NCBI GenBank assembly: GCA_035444565.1
Contig: DAOMOX010000001.1
Location: 258,335 to 322,334 of the forward strand
DNA length: 64,000 nt
Reading direction: 5' to 3'
Source: Candidatus Dojkabacteria bacterium
GTDB taxonomy: Bacteria > Patescibacteriota > Dojkabacteria > B142 > OLB20
Shown: piece after piece, positions 50,297 through 58,983 of the stretch
Layout: the number at the start of each line of letters is the position of its first letter
Position numbering within the stretch: position 1 is the stretch's first letter
Translations under genes and position numbers: made by a program
Notes under the pieces: model-generated
What the model was told of the DNA's origin: nothing
What the model saw: the letters and a program-made list of their open reading frames with translations, nothing else
Databases searched by the model: none

Positions 50297-53200
50297 ATGT
50301 TCAAACCCGTCAATCCAAAGCAAAATTTCCCTGAACTAGAGGGAGAAATTACAAAATTTTGGAAAGAAAATAAAATTTTTGAAAAATCTGTTGAAAATAG
50401 AAGTGCAAAGAACAGTTATATTTTCTATGACGGGCCTCCATTTATCACAGGTACTCCTCATTACGGTTCTCTACTTCCAAGTATAGCGAAAGACGTAATC
50501 CCTAGATATCAAACCATGCGAGGTAAAAGAGTCGAAAGAGTTTGGGGTTGGGATTGTCATGGATTACCAATTGAAAATAAAGTTGAGAAAAAACTAGGTA
50601 TTAAAAACAGACGTGAAATTGAAAAATATGGAATCGACAGGTTTATTGACGAATGTTACAACTACACCCGCGAAACTTCTGCAGAATGGAAATGGTACAT
50701 AGATAAAATCGGAAGATGGGTCGATATGGATAATGCATACAGGACCATGGACCAAGACTACATGGAAACTGTTATGTGGGTGTTCAAACAACTCCATGAA
50801 AAGGATTTGATTTACAAAGGAATGCGCACCTCACTTTATTGTACTCGCTGTGGAACACCTGTATCGAACTTTGAAATCGCTATGGATAACTCCTATGCAG
50901 ACATGGAAGATCCTGCGGTCACCATAAAGTTCCCAGTAACTACTCCCGGTGAATTCTCAGACAGCTCAATATTAGCTTGGACTACTACTCCATGGACACT
51001 CCCATCAAACAAAGCATTGGTGATTGATCCTGAGGAAACGTACATAAAAGCAAAAGTACAAAAACTCACTATTGAACTCGAACAAAGCTGGCAAGTGAAG
51101 GAATTACCAGAGAATCTAAAGAAATTAAAAAGGTCCGAAATCACACAGGCATACCTGGAAGACTATATTGATGAAAATGGGATAAAACCAAGAGACGCTC
51201 GTATTAGAAGGATTGATAGTAAATTTGAATTCACAACGAAATATTATGCTGGGAAATCTACCGAAACTGGACAATTAATTGAAAAAACCAAAGAAATCAC
51301 AAAAGAAGAATATATAGAGCTTATAAAACAAACAAAAGCAAAAGTAGTCAAAACCAGATACTACTACCCCCTTGAAGACGGATTAACAGCGGAGATTGAT
51401 GTGTATAGAAACCAACATGAAGGTGTAAATTTCGTAGAGGTGGAATTCAGTTCACTTAAGAAATTACAGAACTTCAAAAAGCCAGAATGGTTTGGAAAAG
51501 AAGTCACGGATTGTGACGCATGTTTCCCTAAATACATGGCAGATAAAAGCAGTGAACGAATCCTATCAGAAATAGATACTTACGTTCAGGCAGAACATAA
51601 TTACGAAGAAAATGTTCAAACTGATAACGTAATCCTCGCAAAAAAACGAGCAGAATACGCATTAGAGAACATTGATTATGAAATCGTAGAAGAATTTGAA
51701 GGAAAAAAATTATTAGGTTTGAAATACCGACCTCCTTTTGATTATTACAAAACCGAAAAAGGCGAACATCAAGTTTATGGTTTCCCTGGAATGGTTCACA
51801 TGGAAGAAGGAACAGGAATCGTTCATAGTGCCCCTGGATTTGGAGATATTGATACAGAGATGGGCCAGGAATATGGATTATCTATTGCGATGACCATTAA
51901 CGATGAAGGTAAATACTTACCACAAGTGAAAGACTTTGTAGGTTTGTATGTCAAAGATGCCGATCAACCAATTATTGAAAACCTCAAATCGAGAGACATA
52001 TTATTTAAAGTTGAGAAAATTGTTCACAGATACCCCTACTGCTGGCGTTGCGAAACTCCGCTAATTCACAAAGCCCAACCATCTTGGTTCATTGATATTG
52101 AAAAAATTCGCAAAGATTTATTGAAAAATAATGAAGACATCAACTGGGTACCAAAGCATCTAAAACATGGAAGATTTAAGAAGGGAATCGAAGTTGCACC
52201 TGACTGGGGAATTTCTAGAACTAGATATTGGGCAACACCAATGCCAGTCTGGCAAAGAGAAGAAGAAGGTCAAATCTTAGAAACAAAAGTTATCGGGAGT
52301 AGAGATGAACTTCGTGAACATGCAAACCAACCAATCACAAAAATCACATTCGTAAGACATGGTAATAAATCTCAAGATGATAGTCTAGACCCGGGAATGA
52401 CCGACTTGGGACATCAACAAGCAAAAGAACTAGCAAAAAAACTTTCGAAAGAGAAATTTGATGTAATAATCTCATCCCCAAAAAAAAGAACGCTTCAAAC
52501 AGCAGAATATATCAAAGAAGCTTTGGGTCAAGAATTCATAGAAGACAATTTATTTACTTCTCTCACAGATGGCGACGGTAGAGAGTTTTACAGACAAATA
52601 AAAAAACAACACAATGTCGAATATCTTCACGAACTTCCAGAAAGCATTTTGAGAGAGAAAATATTCCCTGTACTCACTCCATTAAAAGAAAACTTTGAGC
52701 AATTGTTGAAAAAATTCGAAGGTAAAAACATATTAATAATTTCGCATTCAGGGAAAATCAAATTCTTGGAACACATTATCGAAGGTTCAAACCTTAGAGC
52801 AGTTTTGACTTCAAAAATTAAAGAAGCCGGAACATACACGGCATATTTTCATGGAACCGATTTATTAGATTTACACAGACCCAAAATAGACCAAATTACG
52901 CTGAAGGGTAAAACTGGAGAATTGACGAGGGTGAAAGAGGTTCTAGACGTATGGATGGATAGTGCCTCTATGCCTTATGCTTCAAAGCACTACCCTTTCG
53001 AGAACAAACAAATGCTAGAAGAAAATTATCCAGCTGATTTTATTGTTGAATATATTGCACAAACTAGGGCATGGTTCTATGTGATGCATGTGATTTCAAC
53101 AGCATTATTGAATCAACCCTCGTTTAAAAATGTCATAACTACAGGGGTGATTTTTGGAACTGACGGTAGAAAAATGAGCAAAAGCTATGGAAATTATCCC

Positions 53201-54307
53201 GATCCTCGAGACGTACTTGAAAATTATGGTGCAGAAACATTAAGAATGTATTTGATGGGTTCCAAGATTATGCTTGGAGAGGATATGAATTTTGACGAGG
53301 ATGCACTTAAAGAGCAATACAAAACTTTCCTTCTACCACTTTGGAATAGCTATTCATTCTTTGTCACATACGCAAACATCCATAACTGGGAACCTAGTGG
53401 GAAGTTAGATTCAAAAGATCAACTTGATAAATGGATAGTCGCAAAACTTGATGAGACTAAGAGTCACTTCATCAAAGCCATGGATTCCTATAATATCCCC
53501 TCAGCAGTAAAATTACTTCCAGAGTTTATCGACATATTATCAAGATGGTATATCAGAAGATCACGCAGTAGGTTTGCGCAAGGATCGGAAGATGCTTTAA
53601 GTACGTTACACTACATCTTGGTTGAATTTACAAAGTTGTCCGCATCAGTAGTTCCATTTGTTTCAGAAGAGATATTCCAAAATCTACAAAATGACAATCA
53701 ATTTGAATCTGTGCATTTATCTGATCTTGAAAAACCAAAGAAATCAACTTTAGAAAACAATGCTTCGTTATTACAAAAGATGGAATTAGTTAGAGAGATT
53801 TCGACACTAGGTCAATCATTGCGGGTACAAAACAATCTCAAAGTTAGACAACCATTACAGAGTGTTGAGATTTATTTACAGGATAAAAATCTTGCAACTG
53901 AGGGAGATATGGGTTGGATGAATGAAATCGTAAAAGACGAACTCAATGTGAAGCAAGTTAAGTTCGTAAACAAAAAGCCTGAAAATGAACTTCTCGTCAG
54001 CTCGGGTCTAAATGACACCCTATTCGTCGGATTGGACTCTAAACTAACACCCGAATTGGAGGCAGAGGGAATTCTTCGTGAGCTTACAAGACAGATTCAG
54101 AGCCAAAGGAAAAAGTTAGGATTGAATATGGGTGACAAAATTGATTTAACAATTCAAACTGATGACAAGAAACTTGATGGAATAATCAAAAAGAATCAAA
54201 AAGGATTTGCTGAATCAGTAAATGCTACAAACATCCATTTCACTACAGCGAATCTGGAACACAAATTATCTATCAACGGTTCAGAACTAACCCTATCTCT
54301 TAGTTAG
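50297..54307 (+). CDS. ileS: Isoleucine--tRNA ligase (type 2) with inserted CYTH-like and histidine-phosphatase domains
   Basis: DGPPF..G.PHYGS, GWDCHGLPIE, WTTTPWTLPSN, GTGIVH.AP.FG, DWGISR.RYWATP, DVWMDS, Q.RAWFY, KMSKS; 1336 aa, longer than usual. Confidence 0.95.
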   Translation: MFKPVNPKQNFPELEGEITKFWKENKIFEKSVENRSAKNSYIFYDGPPFITGTPHYGSLLPSIAKDVIPRYQTMRGKRVERVWGWDCHGLPIENKVEKKLGIKNRREIEKYGIDRFIDECYNYTRETSAEWKWYIDKIGRWVDMDNAYRTMDQDYMETVMWVFKQLHEKDLIYKGMRTSLYCTRCGTPVSNFEIAMDNSYADMEDPAVTIKFPVTTPGEFSDSSILAWTTTPWTLPSNKALVIDPEETYIKAKVQKLTIELEQSWQVKELPENLKKLKRSEITQAYLEDYIDENGIKPRDARIRRIDSKFEFTTKYYAGKSTETGQLIEKTKEITKEEYIELIKQTKAKVVKTRYYYPLEDGLTAEIDVYRNQHEGVNFVEVEFSSLKKLQNFKKPEWFGKEVTDCDACFPKYMADKSSERILSEIDTYVQAEHNYEENVQTDNVILAKKRAEYALENIDYEIVEEFEGKKLLGLKYRPPFDYYKTEKGEHQVYGFPGMVHMEEGTGIVHSAPGFGDIDTEMGQEYGLSIAMTINDEGKYLPQVKDFVGLYVKDADQPIIENLKSRDILFKVEKIVHRYPYCWRCETPLIHKAQPSWFIDIEKIRKDLLKNNEDINWVPKHLKHGRFKKGIEVAPDWGISRTRYWATPMPVWQREEEGQILETKVIGSRDELREHANQPITKITFVRHGNKSQDDSLDPGMTDLGHQQAKELAKKLSKEKFDVIISSPKKRTLQTAEYIKEALGQEFIEDNLFTSLTDGDGREFYRQIKKQHNVEYLHELPESILREKIFPVLTPLKENFEQLLKKFEGKNILIISHSGKIKFLEHIIEGSNLRAVLTSKIKEAGTYTAYFHGTDLLDLHRPKIDQITLKGKTGELTRVKEVLDVWMDSASMPYASKHYPFENKQMLEENYPADFIVEYIAQTRAWFYVMHVISTALLNQPSFKNVITTGVIFGTDGRKMSKSYGNYPDPRDVLENYGAETLRMYLMGSKIMLGEDMNFDEDALKEQYKTFLLPLWNSYSFFVTYANIHNWEPSGKLDSKDQLDKWIVAKLDETKSHFIKAMDSYNIPSAVKLLPEFIDILSRWYIRRSRSRFAQGSEDALSTLHYILVEFTKLSASVVPFVSEEIFQNLQNDNQFESVHLSDLEKPKKSTLENNASLLQKMELVREISTLGQSLRVQNNLKVRQPLQSVEIYLQDKNLATEGDMGWMNEIVKDELNVKQVKFVNKKPENELLVSSGLNDTLFVGLDSKLTPELEAEGILRELTRQIQSQRKKLGLNMGDKIDLTIQTDDKKLDGIIKKNQKGFAESVNATNIHFTTANLEHKLSINGSELTLSLS

Positions 54308-54374
54308 CACTTTCTTGCTTTACCAATCAAGTTAAGAGTTCTATACTATATTTGCTTAACTAGTTTAATTAGAC

Positions 54375-55010
54375 ATGTTTAATTTAGAAAAAAATCCGTT
54401 CCTCCACGATTTAAAGGTTAAAACCAAAGGTAGTGTAATAATCGACATATTACAAACTGTAGTTTTAGCTCTTGCATTTAGTCTTTTCATTTATCTAGTA
54501 TTTCTCATCCCGAGCCAAGTTGAAGGTCCATCTATGGAACCAAATTTCTACAACAGAGAACTACTTTTCGCTGATAGAACTGTACAGTGGATTGGATCCA
54601 CATCTTTGGGAGCAGGAGTCTATGATTACCACAAAGGAGATGTTGTAATTTTTGATTTTAACGGAATCAACCTAATCAAAAGAGTCGTAGCAACAGAAGG
54701 AGACAAAATCAGACTAACAGGAGGAAGAGTTTATGTTAACGAAAAATTATTAAATGAGCCATATTTGCCGAGTGGCAGAATGAGCAATGTGCCTGATCCT
54801 TCCAGAGCCACAATATTAGAAGACCAGGTAGAAATTGTCCCAGAAGACTCATATTTCCTAATGGGCGATAATCGAGAAGTGAGCAAGGACTCTCGATATA
54901 GTGATGTTGGTTTTGTAGAGAGGCGCCAACTCAAAGGAAGGGTATTTTTACGATACTGGCCTGTAGACAAATTAGGCACTATTCGTCCGGGTCAACCATC
55001 TCAAGATTAA
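54375..55010 (+). CDS. lepB: Signal peptidase I (copy 1)
   Basis: GPSMEP (Ser), LIKRVV (Lys), GDNREVSKDSR, YWP. Confidence 0.92.
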   Translation: MFNLEKNPFLHDLKVKTKGSVIIDILQTVVLALAFSLFIYLVFLIPSQVEGPSMEPNFYNRELLFADRTVQWIGSTSLGAGVYDYHKGDVVIFDFNGINLIKRVVATEGDKIRLTGGRVYVNEKLLNEPYLPSGRMSNVPDPSRATILEDQVEIVPEDSYFLMGDNREVSKDSRYSDVGFVERRQLKGRVFLRYWPVDKLGTIRPGQPSQD

Positions 55011-55013
55011 ACC

Positions 55014-55619
55014 TTGGAAAATTTCCTTAACCACAAAAAAACAAAAAATATTCTTGATTTCCTAGAAACGCTCACAATCGCTTTGGCTTTTTGTGCATTC
55101 ATCTATCTGACTATCGCTTTTCCAAATAAAGTAGAAGGACAATCAATGGAGCCGACTTTTCATCATAGCGACTTAGTTATAACAAACAAGACTGTTCAGT
55201 ATCTTGGCAATACAGATTTCGGACAAAGCAGGAACTATGATTACCAAAGAGGTGATGTTGTAATAGTAAAACAAGGTAATACTGATTTGATCAAAAGAGT
55301 TGTCGCTCTTGAAGGGGAAGAAGTTGAGATTAAAAATAATAATGTGTATATAAATGGTACGGAATTGGAAGAAGAATATTTACCAACCACCGTCAGAACA
55401 AAACTCCCCTCTTACGAACTCAGTCTTTTCCGTAATGATTCCTCAATAACTGTTCCTGCAAATTCATATTTTGTAATGGGAGACAATCGCGAACATAGTA
55501 AAGACTCACGTTTTAAGGAAATCGGTTTCATTTCGAGATCAAATATCAAAGGACGCGTAATTTTCCGTTACTGGCCTCTCGCAGACTTAGGAATTATACA
55601 TAGAGGAGAATATAAATAA
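55014..55619 (+). CDS. lepB: Signal peptidase I (copy 2)
   Basis: GQSMEP, LIKRVV, GDNREHSKDSR, YWP. Confidence 0.92.
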   Translation: MENFLNHKKTKNILDFLETLTIALAFCAFIYLTIAFPNKVEGQSMEPTFHHSDLVITNKTVQYLGNTDFGQSRNYDYQRGDVVIVKQGNTDLIKRVVALEGEEVEIKNNNVYINGTELEEEYLPTTVRTKLPSYELSLFRNDSSITVPANSYFVMGDNREHSKDSRFKEIGFISRSNIKGRVIFRYWPLADLGIIHRGEYK

Positions 55620-55703
55620 TTTCCAAGTTCAAGATTCCCCTTTTCAATTCACTTCTAGCTTTACGCTTCTTGTTTTAACGTTTAACTTTATTGTGGTATA
55701 TTT

Positions 55704-56507
55704 ATGAATATCAATTTCTCACATATGGTTATCGCTATTGCCAATCAAAAAGGCGGTGTTGGCAAAACTACAACTGCAATCAACTTAGCTGTTTACCTAG
55801 GAAAACTTGGTAAAAAAGTCTTGCTTGTGGACTTAGACCCTCAATCAAACCTTACATCCGGTATCGGATTTGTTTCAAACGAAGATTCTGTGAATCCCAT
55901 TTATCAAGGTTTATCGAAGTCTGTCTATGATATCCTTTCAAATAAAGCTAACATTCGTGAAGTCTTTGTATTAACAAAATATGAAAATGTTCACTTAATA
56001 CCAGCTAGTATCGATTTAGCTGGCGCAGAAATCGAGCTAGTTAATGCTATTTCCAGAGAAACTATTTTAAAAAATGCTTTAGATGAGATTAAAAAAGACT
56101 ATGATTACATATTCATTGACTGTCCCCCATCACTTGGATTATTAACTGTAAACGCACTAGTCGCTTCAACCAAAGTATTCATACCAGTGCAATGTGAATA
56201 TTTCGCACTTGAAGGATTAGGGCAATTGATAAACACCATTAACTTGATTAAAAAAAGACTCAACTCGTCACTTGAAATTGGCGGAGTGATAATGACAATG
56301 TATGACACACGTACAAATTTATCGAAACAAGTTGCAACTGAATTAAATAAATTTTTCCAAGACAAACTTTTCAAATCAATCGTACCTCGCAATGTAAGAC
56401 TATCTGAAGCTCCATCTTTTGGGAAAGCTATTATCGAATATGACCCGAAATCTATGGGAGCAATGGCATACGAAGATCTGGCAAAAGAAATTGTTGAAAG
56501 ATTCTAG
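55704..56507 (+). CDS. parA: Chromosome partitioning ATPase ParA/Soj
   Basis: [47 protein letters not shown]. Confidence 0.95.
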   Translation: MNINFSHMVIAIANQKGGVGKTTTAINLAVYLGKLGKKVLLVDLDPQSNLTSGIGFVSNEDSVNPIYQGLSKSVYDILSNKANIREVFVLTKYENVHLIPASIDLAGAEIELVNAISRETILKNALDEIKKDYDYIFIDCPPSLGLLTVNALVASTKVFIPVQCEYFALEGLGQLINTINLIKKRLNSSLEIGGVIMTMYDTRTNLSKQVATELNKFFQDKLFKSIVPRNVRLSEAPSFGKAIIEYDPKSMGAMAYEDLAKEIVERF

Positions 56508-56545
56508 TAACTTGAAAATCAACTTTACATCTTAATATTTAAAAT

Positions 56546-57388
56546 ATGGGACTCGGAAAAGGTTTATCATCATTAATTTCTGAATCTACACTTGAGGAAT
56601 TGAACCAAGCATATATCCCTCACCTGGACATTAACCTTGTCGAACCAAATCCATTTCAACCTAGACTTACTAGACAGGACCCGAAACTAGCACAACTTGC
56701 TGATTCGATTCGTGAAAACGGAATAATTGAACCACTTTTAGTCACCAAAACTCCTGAAGGTCAATTCCAGTTGATTGCAGGAGAAAGACGTCTAAAAGCA
56801 GCAAAACTTGCTGGCAAAAAAGACGTTCCCGTCATTGTCAAAGAAGCATCCCCCCAGCAGATGCTCGAACTTGCAGTTATAGAGAACATCCACAGAAAAG
56901 ACTTAAATCCCCTAGAAGAAGCTATGGCTTTTATGCAACTGCGAGAGAGATTCAAAATGACAGACGAACTGATTTCATCGAAAGTTGGATTTAGTAGGTC
57001 AGCCGTAACCAACAAGATGCGTCTACTTTCATTACCTATGGAACTAAAAGAATTCCTACTTGATGACAAGATAAGTGAAGGTCATGCAAGAGCATTGTTA
57101 GGGTTAAAATCTAGAGCTACAATGCACGTAGCTGCGGATAAAGTGATAGAACAGAACCTTAGTGTAAGAGCCACGGAAGAATTAGTTCGTAGACTTAACA
57201 AGGGAACTCCTAAAAATAAAGAAGGACGATACAGAATTGAAGATGAATTTACATTTAAAGTAGAAACGGATTTAAGAAGTCGATATGGTGAAAAGGTTAA
57301 ACTTTTTAGATCATCCCGTGGGGGGAAAATCGTTATACCATTCGAAAACGATGATCAATTAAAGAATATATATAGTTCGATTGTTTAG
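56546..57388 (+). CDS. parB: Chromosome partitioning protein ParB/Spo0J
   Basis: GLGKGL, PNPFQPR, AGERR, EN..RKDLNPLEEA, HTH, GHARALL. Confidence 0.95.
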   Translation: MGLGKGLSSLISESTLEELNQAYIPHLDINLVEPNPFQPRLTRQDPKLAQLADSIRENGIIEPLLVTKTPEGQFQLIAGERRLKAAKLAGKKDVPVIVKEASPQQMLELAVIENIHRKDLNPLEEAMAFMQLRERFKMTDELISSKVGFSRSAVTNKMRLLSLPMELKEFLLDDKISEGHARALLGLKSRATMHVAADKVIEQNLSVRATEELVRRLNKGTPKNKEGRYRIEDEFTFKVETDLRSRYGEKVKLFRSSRGGKIVIPFENDDQLKNIYSSIV

Positions 57389-57389
57389 T

Positions 57390-57436
57390 GAACAGTTGTT
57401 CGTTACTCATGAATTCGTGGTAAAATTCAACTGTTC
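57390..57436. terminator. Inverted repeat after parB (possible terminator/operator, overlapping an extended -10)
   Basis: GAACAGTTG...CAACTGTTC outer arms with an inner TTAC..CATGA/TCGTG..GTAA stem; TGGTAAAAT inside. Confidence 0.35.
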
Positions 57437-57467
57437 GTGTAATTATTCTGTTAATTAACACAAAAAT

Positions 57468-58676
57468 ATGCCACGTGCAATATTATCATCAGGTCATACA
57501 AGTGCAGACCCAGGCTCAAAAGCCAATGACCTAGTTGAATACGAAATCTCGAGGAAGATTTCACGAGCTGTTCTCCCCTATCTCAGACAACACGGCATAA
57601 TCACACTTTCAGTTCCAGCAGATTTAGACCTCCTCAAACGTATCGACTGGATTAATAAAACTGGTTACGACGAGACAAACAATGATATTGCTATCGAAAT
57701 ACATATTAACGAAGGTGGTAAAAGTGGAATCGAATCTTGGTACGAAGGCGAAGGAGAAAGTAATTCAAAGAAGCTCTCAGACATTCTTATAAAAACCATA
57801 ACTGTTGAATCCGGACTTCCCAACCAAGGCAGTAAAAGTGAATATGAACATGAAATCGGCTCAATTGCCTTCCTACATGACGTCAATTCAATCACGACTC
57901 TTGTAGAATGCGGATACATCGATAACGAAGACGATGCCAAGTTTCTCAAAGATGACAAAAACATCGATAAATTGGCAAAAGGCATAGCCAAAGGTGTCCT
58001 GGAATATTTCGGAGTTCCATTCAGAGATATTCCACAAGGAAGTCCACCTGTTGTTGCAAGGCCGAATACTCCCAACCCGACACAACCTTTAAATCAGTTC
58101 CAACAACCTCCGAGACCGCCTATGCCGACAAATAATTTTCAAATGCCTTCATACAATTCCGGTGGAATGTCTGGCTTCGACTCAGACTTTGGTCCTTCAC
58201 AACCTACAGGAGGGTTTATGAGTCGAGATGATAGAAAGAAGATGGTGAACGAAATGTACAACAAAATTTTAGGAAGAGAACCAACTCAAAATGACTTAAA
58301 CTACTTTTTGAACATTGGTATTAGTGAACAAGATTTATTAAAAAAGATGGTAGACTCTCAGGAACACGCTGACCTTGTGATGTCTAGACAAGAAGTTATA
58401 AAAGCAAAAGAAGAATTAAACGAACATAGTACAGAGTTACTTCAACTCAGAGCTTCAACCGAAGATCAAAAAATCATCATACGTAACCTTCATGCGCTTA
58501 TCGCACAGAAAAATCAAGCTATCGCACACTTGCAACAGCAATTAGGTATGATGCAAAACTATCAAAACGCTCAACAATCAGTTTCGATTAGTAATACAAC
58601 TTCAGAAACGAAACATAACTACAAAGGAACTTTCTTGGACAAATTGTTCAAAGCATTTAGCGACTTGTTTGAGTAA
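57468..58676 (+). CDS. N-acetylmuramoyl-L-alanine amidase (Amidase_3) with Pro-rich linker and helical/coiled-coil C-terminus
   Basis: SSGH...DPG, E, IEIHIN, LVECGYIDN..D; P/Q-rich linker; MY.KILGREP..ND..Y (DUF4214-like) segment; coiled coil. Confidence 0.8.
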   Translation: MPRAILSSGHTSADPGSKANDLVEYEISRKISRAVLPYLRQHGIITLSVPADLDLLKRIDWINKTGYDETNNDIAIEIHINEGGKSGIESWYEGEGESNSKKLSDILIKTITVESGLPNQGSKSEYEHEIGSIAFLHDVNSITTLVECGYIDNEDDAKFLKDDKNIDKLAKGIAKGVLEYFGVPFRDIPQGSPPVVARPNTPNPTQPLNQFQQPPRPPMPTNNFQMPSYNSGGMSGFDSDFGPSQPTGGFMSRDDRKKMVNEMYNKILGREPTQNDLNYFLNIGISEQDLLKKMVDSQEHADLVMSRQEVIKAKEELNEHSTELLQLRASTEDQKIIIRNLHALIAQKNQAIAHLQQQLGMMQNYQNAQQSVSISNTTSETKHNYKGTFLDKLFKAFSDLFE

Positions 58677-58693
58677 GCACCCCCGATTTTCAC

Positions 58694-58722
58694 TTGACTA
58701 TAAGTATGTTTAAGCATATCAT
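58694..58722 (+). promoter_or_regulatory. Sigma70-type promoter for 6S RNA/rny
   Basis: TTGACT, 17-nt spacer, TATCAT. Confidence 0.6.
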
Positions 58723-58737
58723 TAGACTATATTGCAC

Positions 58738-58919
58738 AGGTAAGTCCTTTTTCTTGGATGTTCGTATACTTAAAGTATGTGTTAATAATAAATGACAAAT
58801 TTCAAAGTAAAAATATTATTGAACAAAAGCAAGTCGTGTAAAGACGTTGCGCATACCCAACTCCTCTATCGGAGTAATAGTCTATTAATCATCCCAGGAA
58901 GATAAATCAAAACTTACCT
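58738..58919 (+). ncRNA. ssrS: 6S RNA
   Basis: ~180-nt rod: AGGTAAGT pairs with ACTTACCT, TTCTTGGATG with CATCCCAGGAA, GTATG with CATAC. The 5' GATGTTCG and internal TTGAAC resemble 6S RNAs; located directly upstream of rny. Confidence 0.72.
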
Positions 58920-58926
58920 AAAGTAA

Positions 58927-58960
58927 GAAAAATATCACTATTTTTATAGTTATATTTTTC
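58927..58960 (+). terminator. AT-rich hairpin after the 6S RNA
   Basis: GAAAAATAT-C-ACTA-loop-TAGT-T-ATATTTTTC followed by ATTTT. Confidence 0.35.
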
Positions 58961-58983
58961 ATTTTAGTTATTAATTTATTTGG

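Noticed and set aside
50297-54307. IleRS insertions as inteins
   Set aside because: No N-terminal Cys/Ser with C-terminal His-Asn splice junctions and no LAGLIDADG motifs; the inserts carry CYTH and His-phosphatase signatures instead.
55671-55687. TGTTTTAACGTTTAAC upstream of parA as a parS site
   Set aside because: Poor match to TGTTTCACGTGAAACA and not a clean palindrome.
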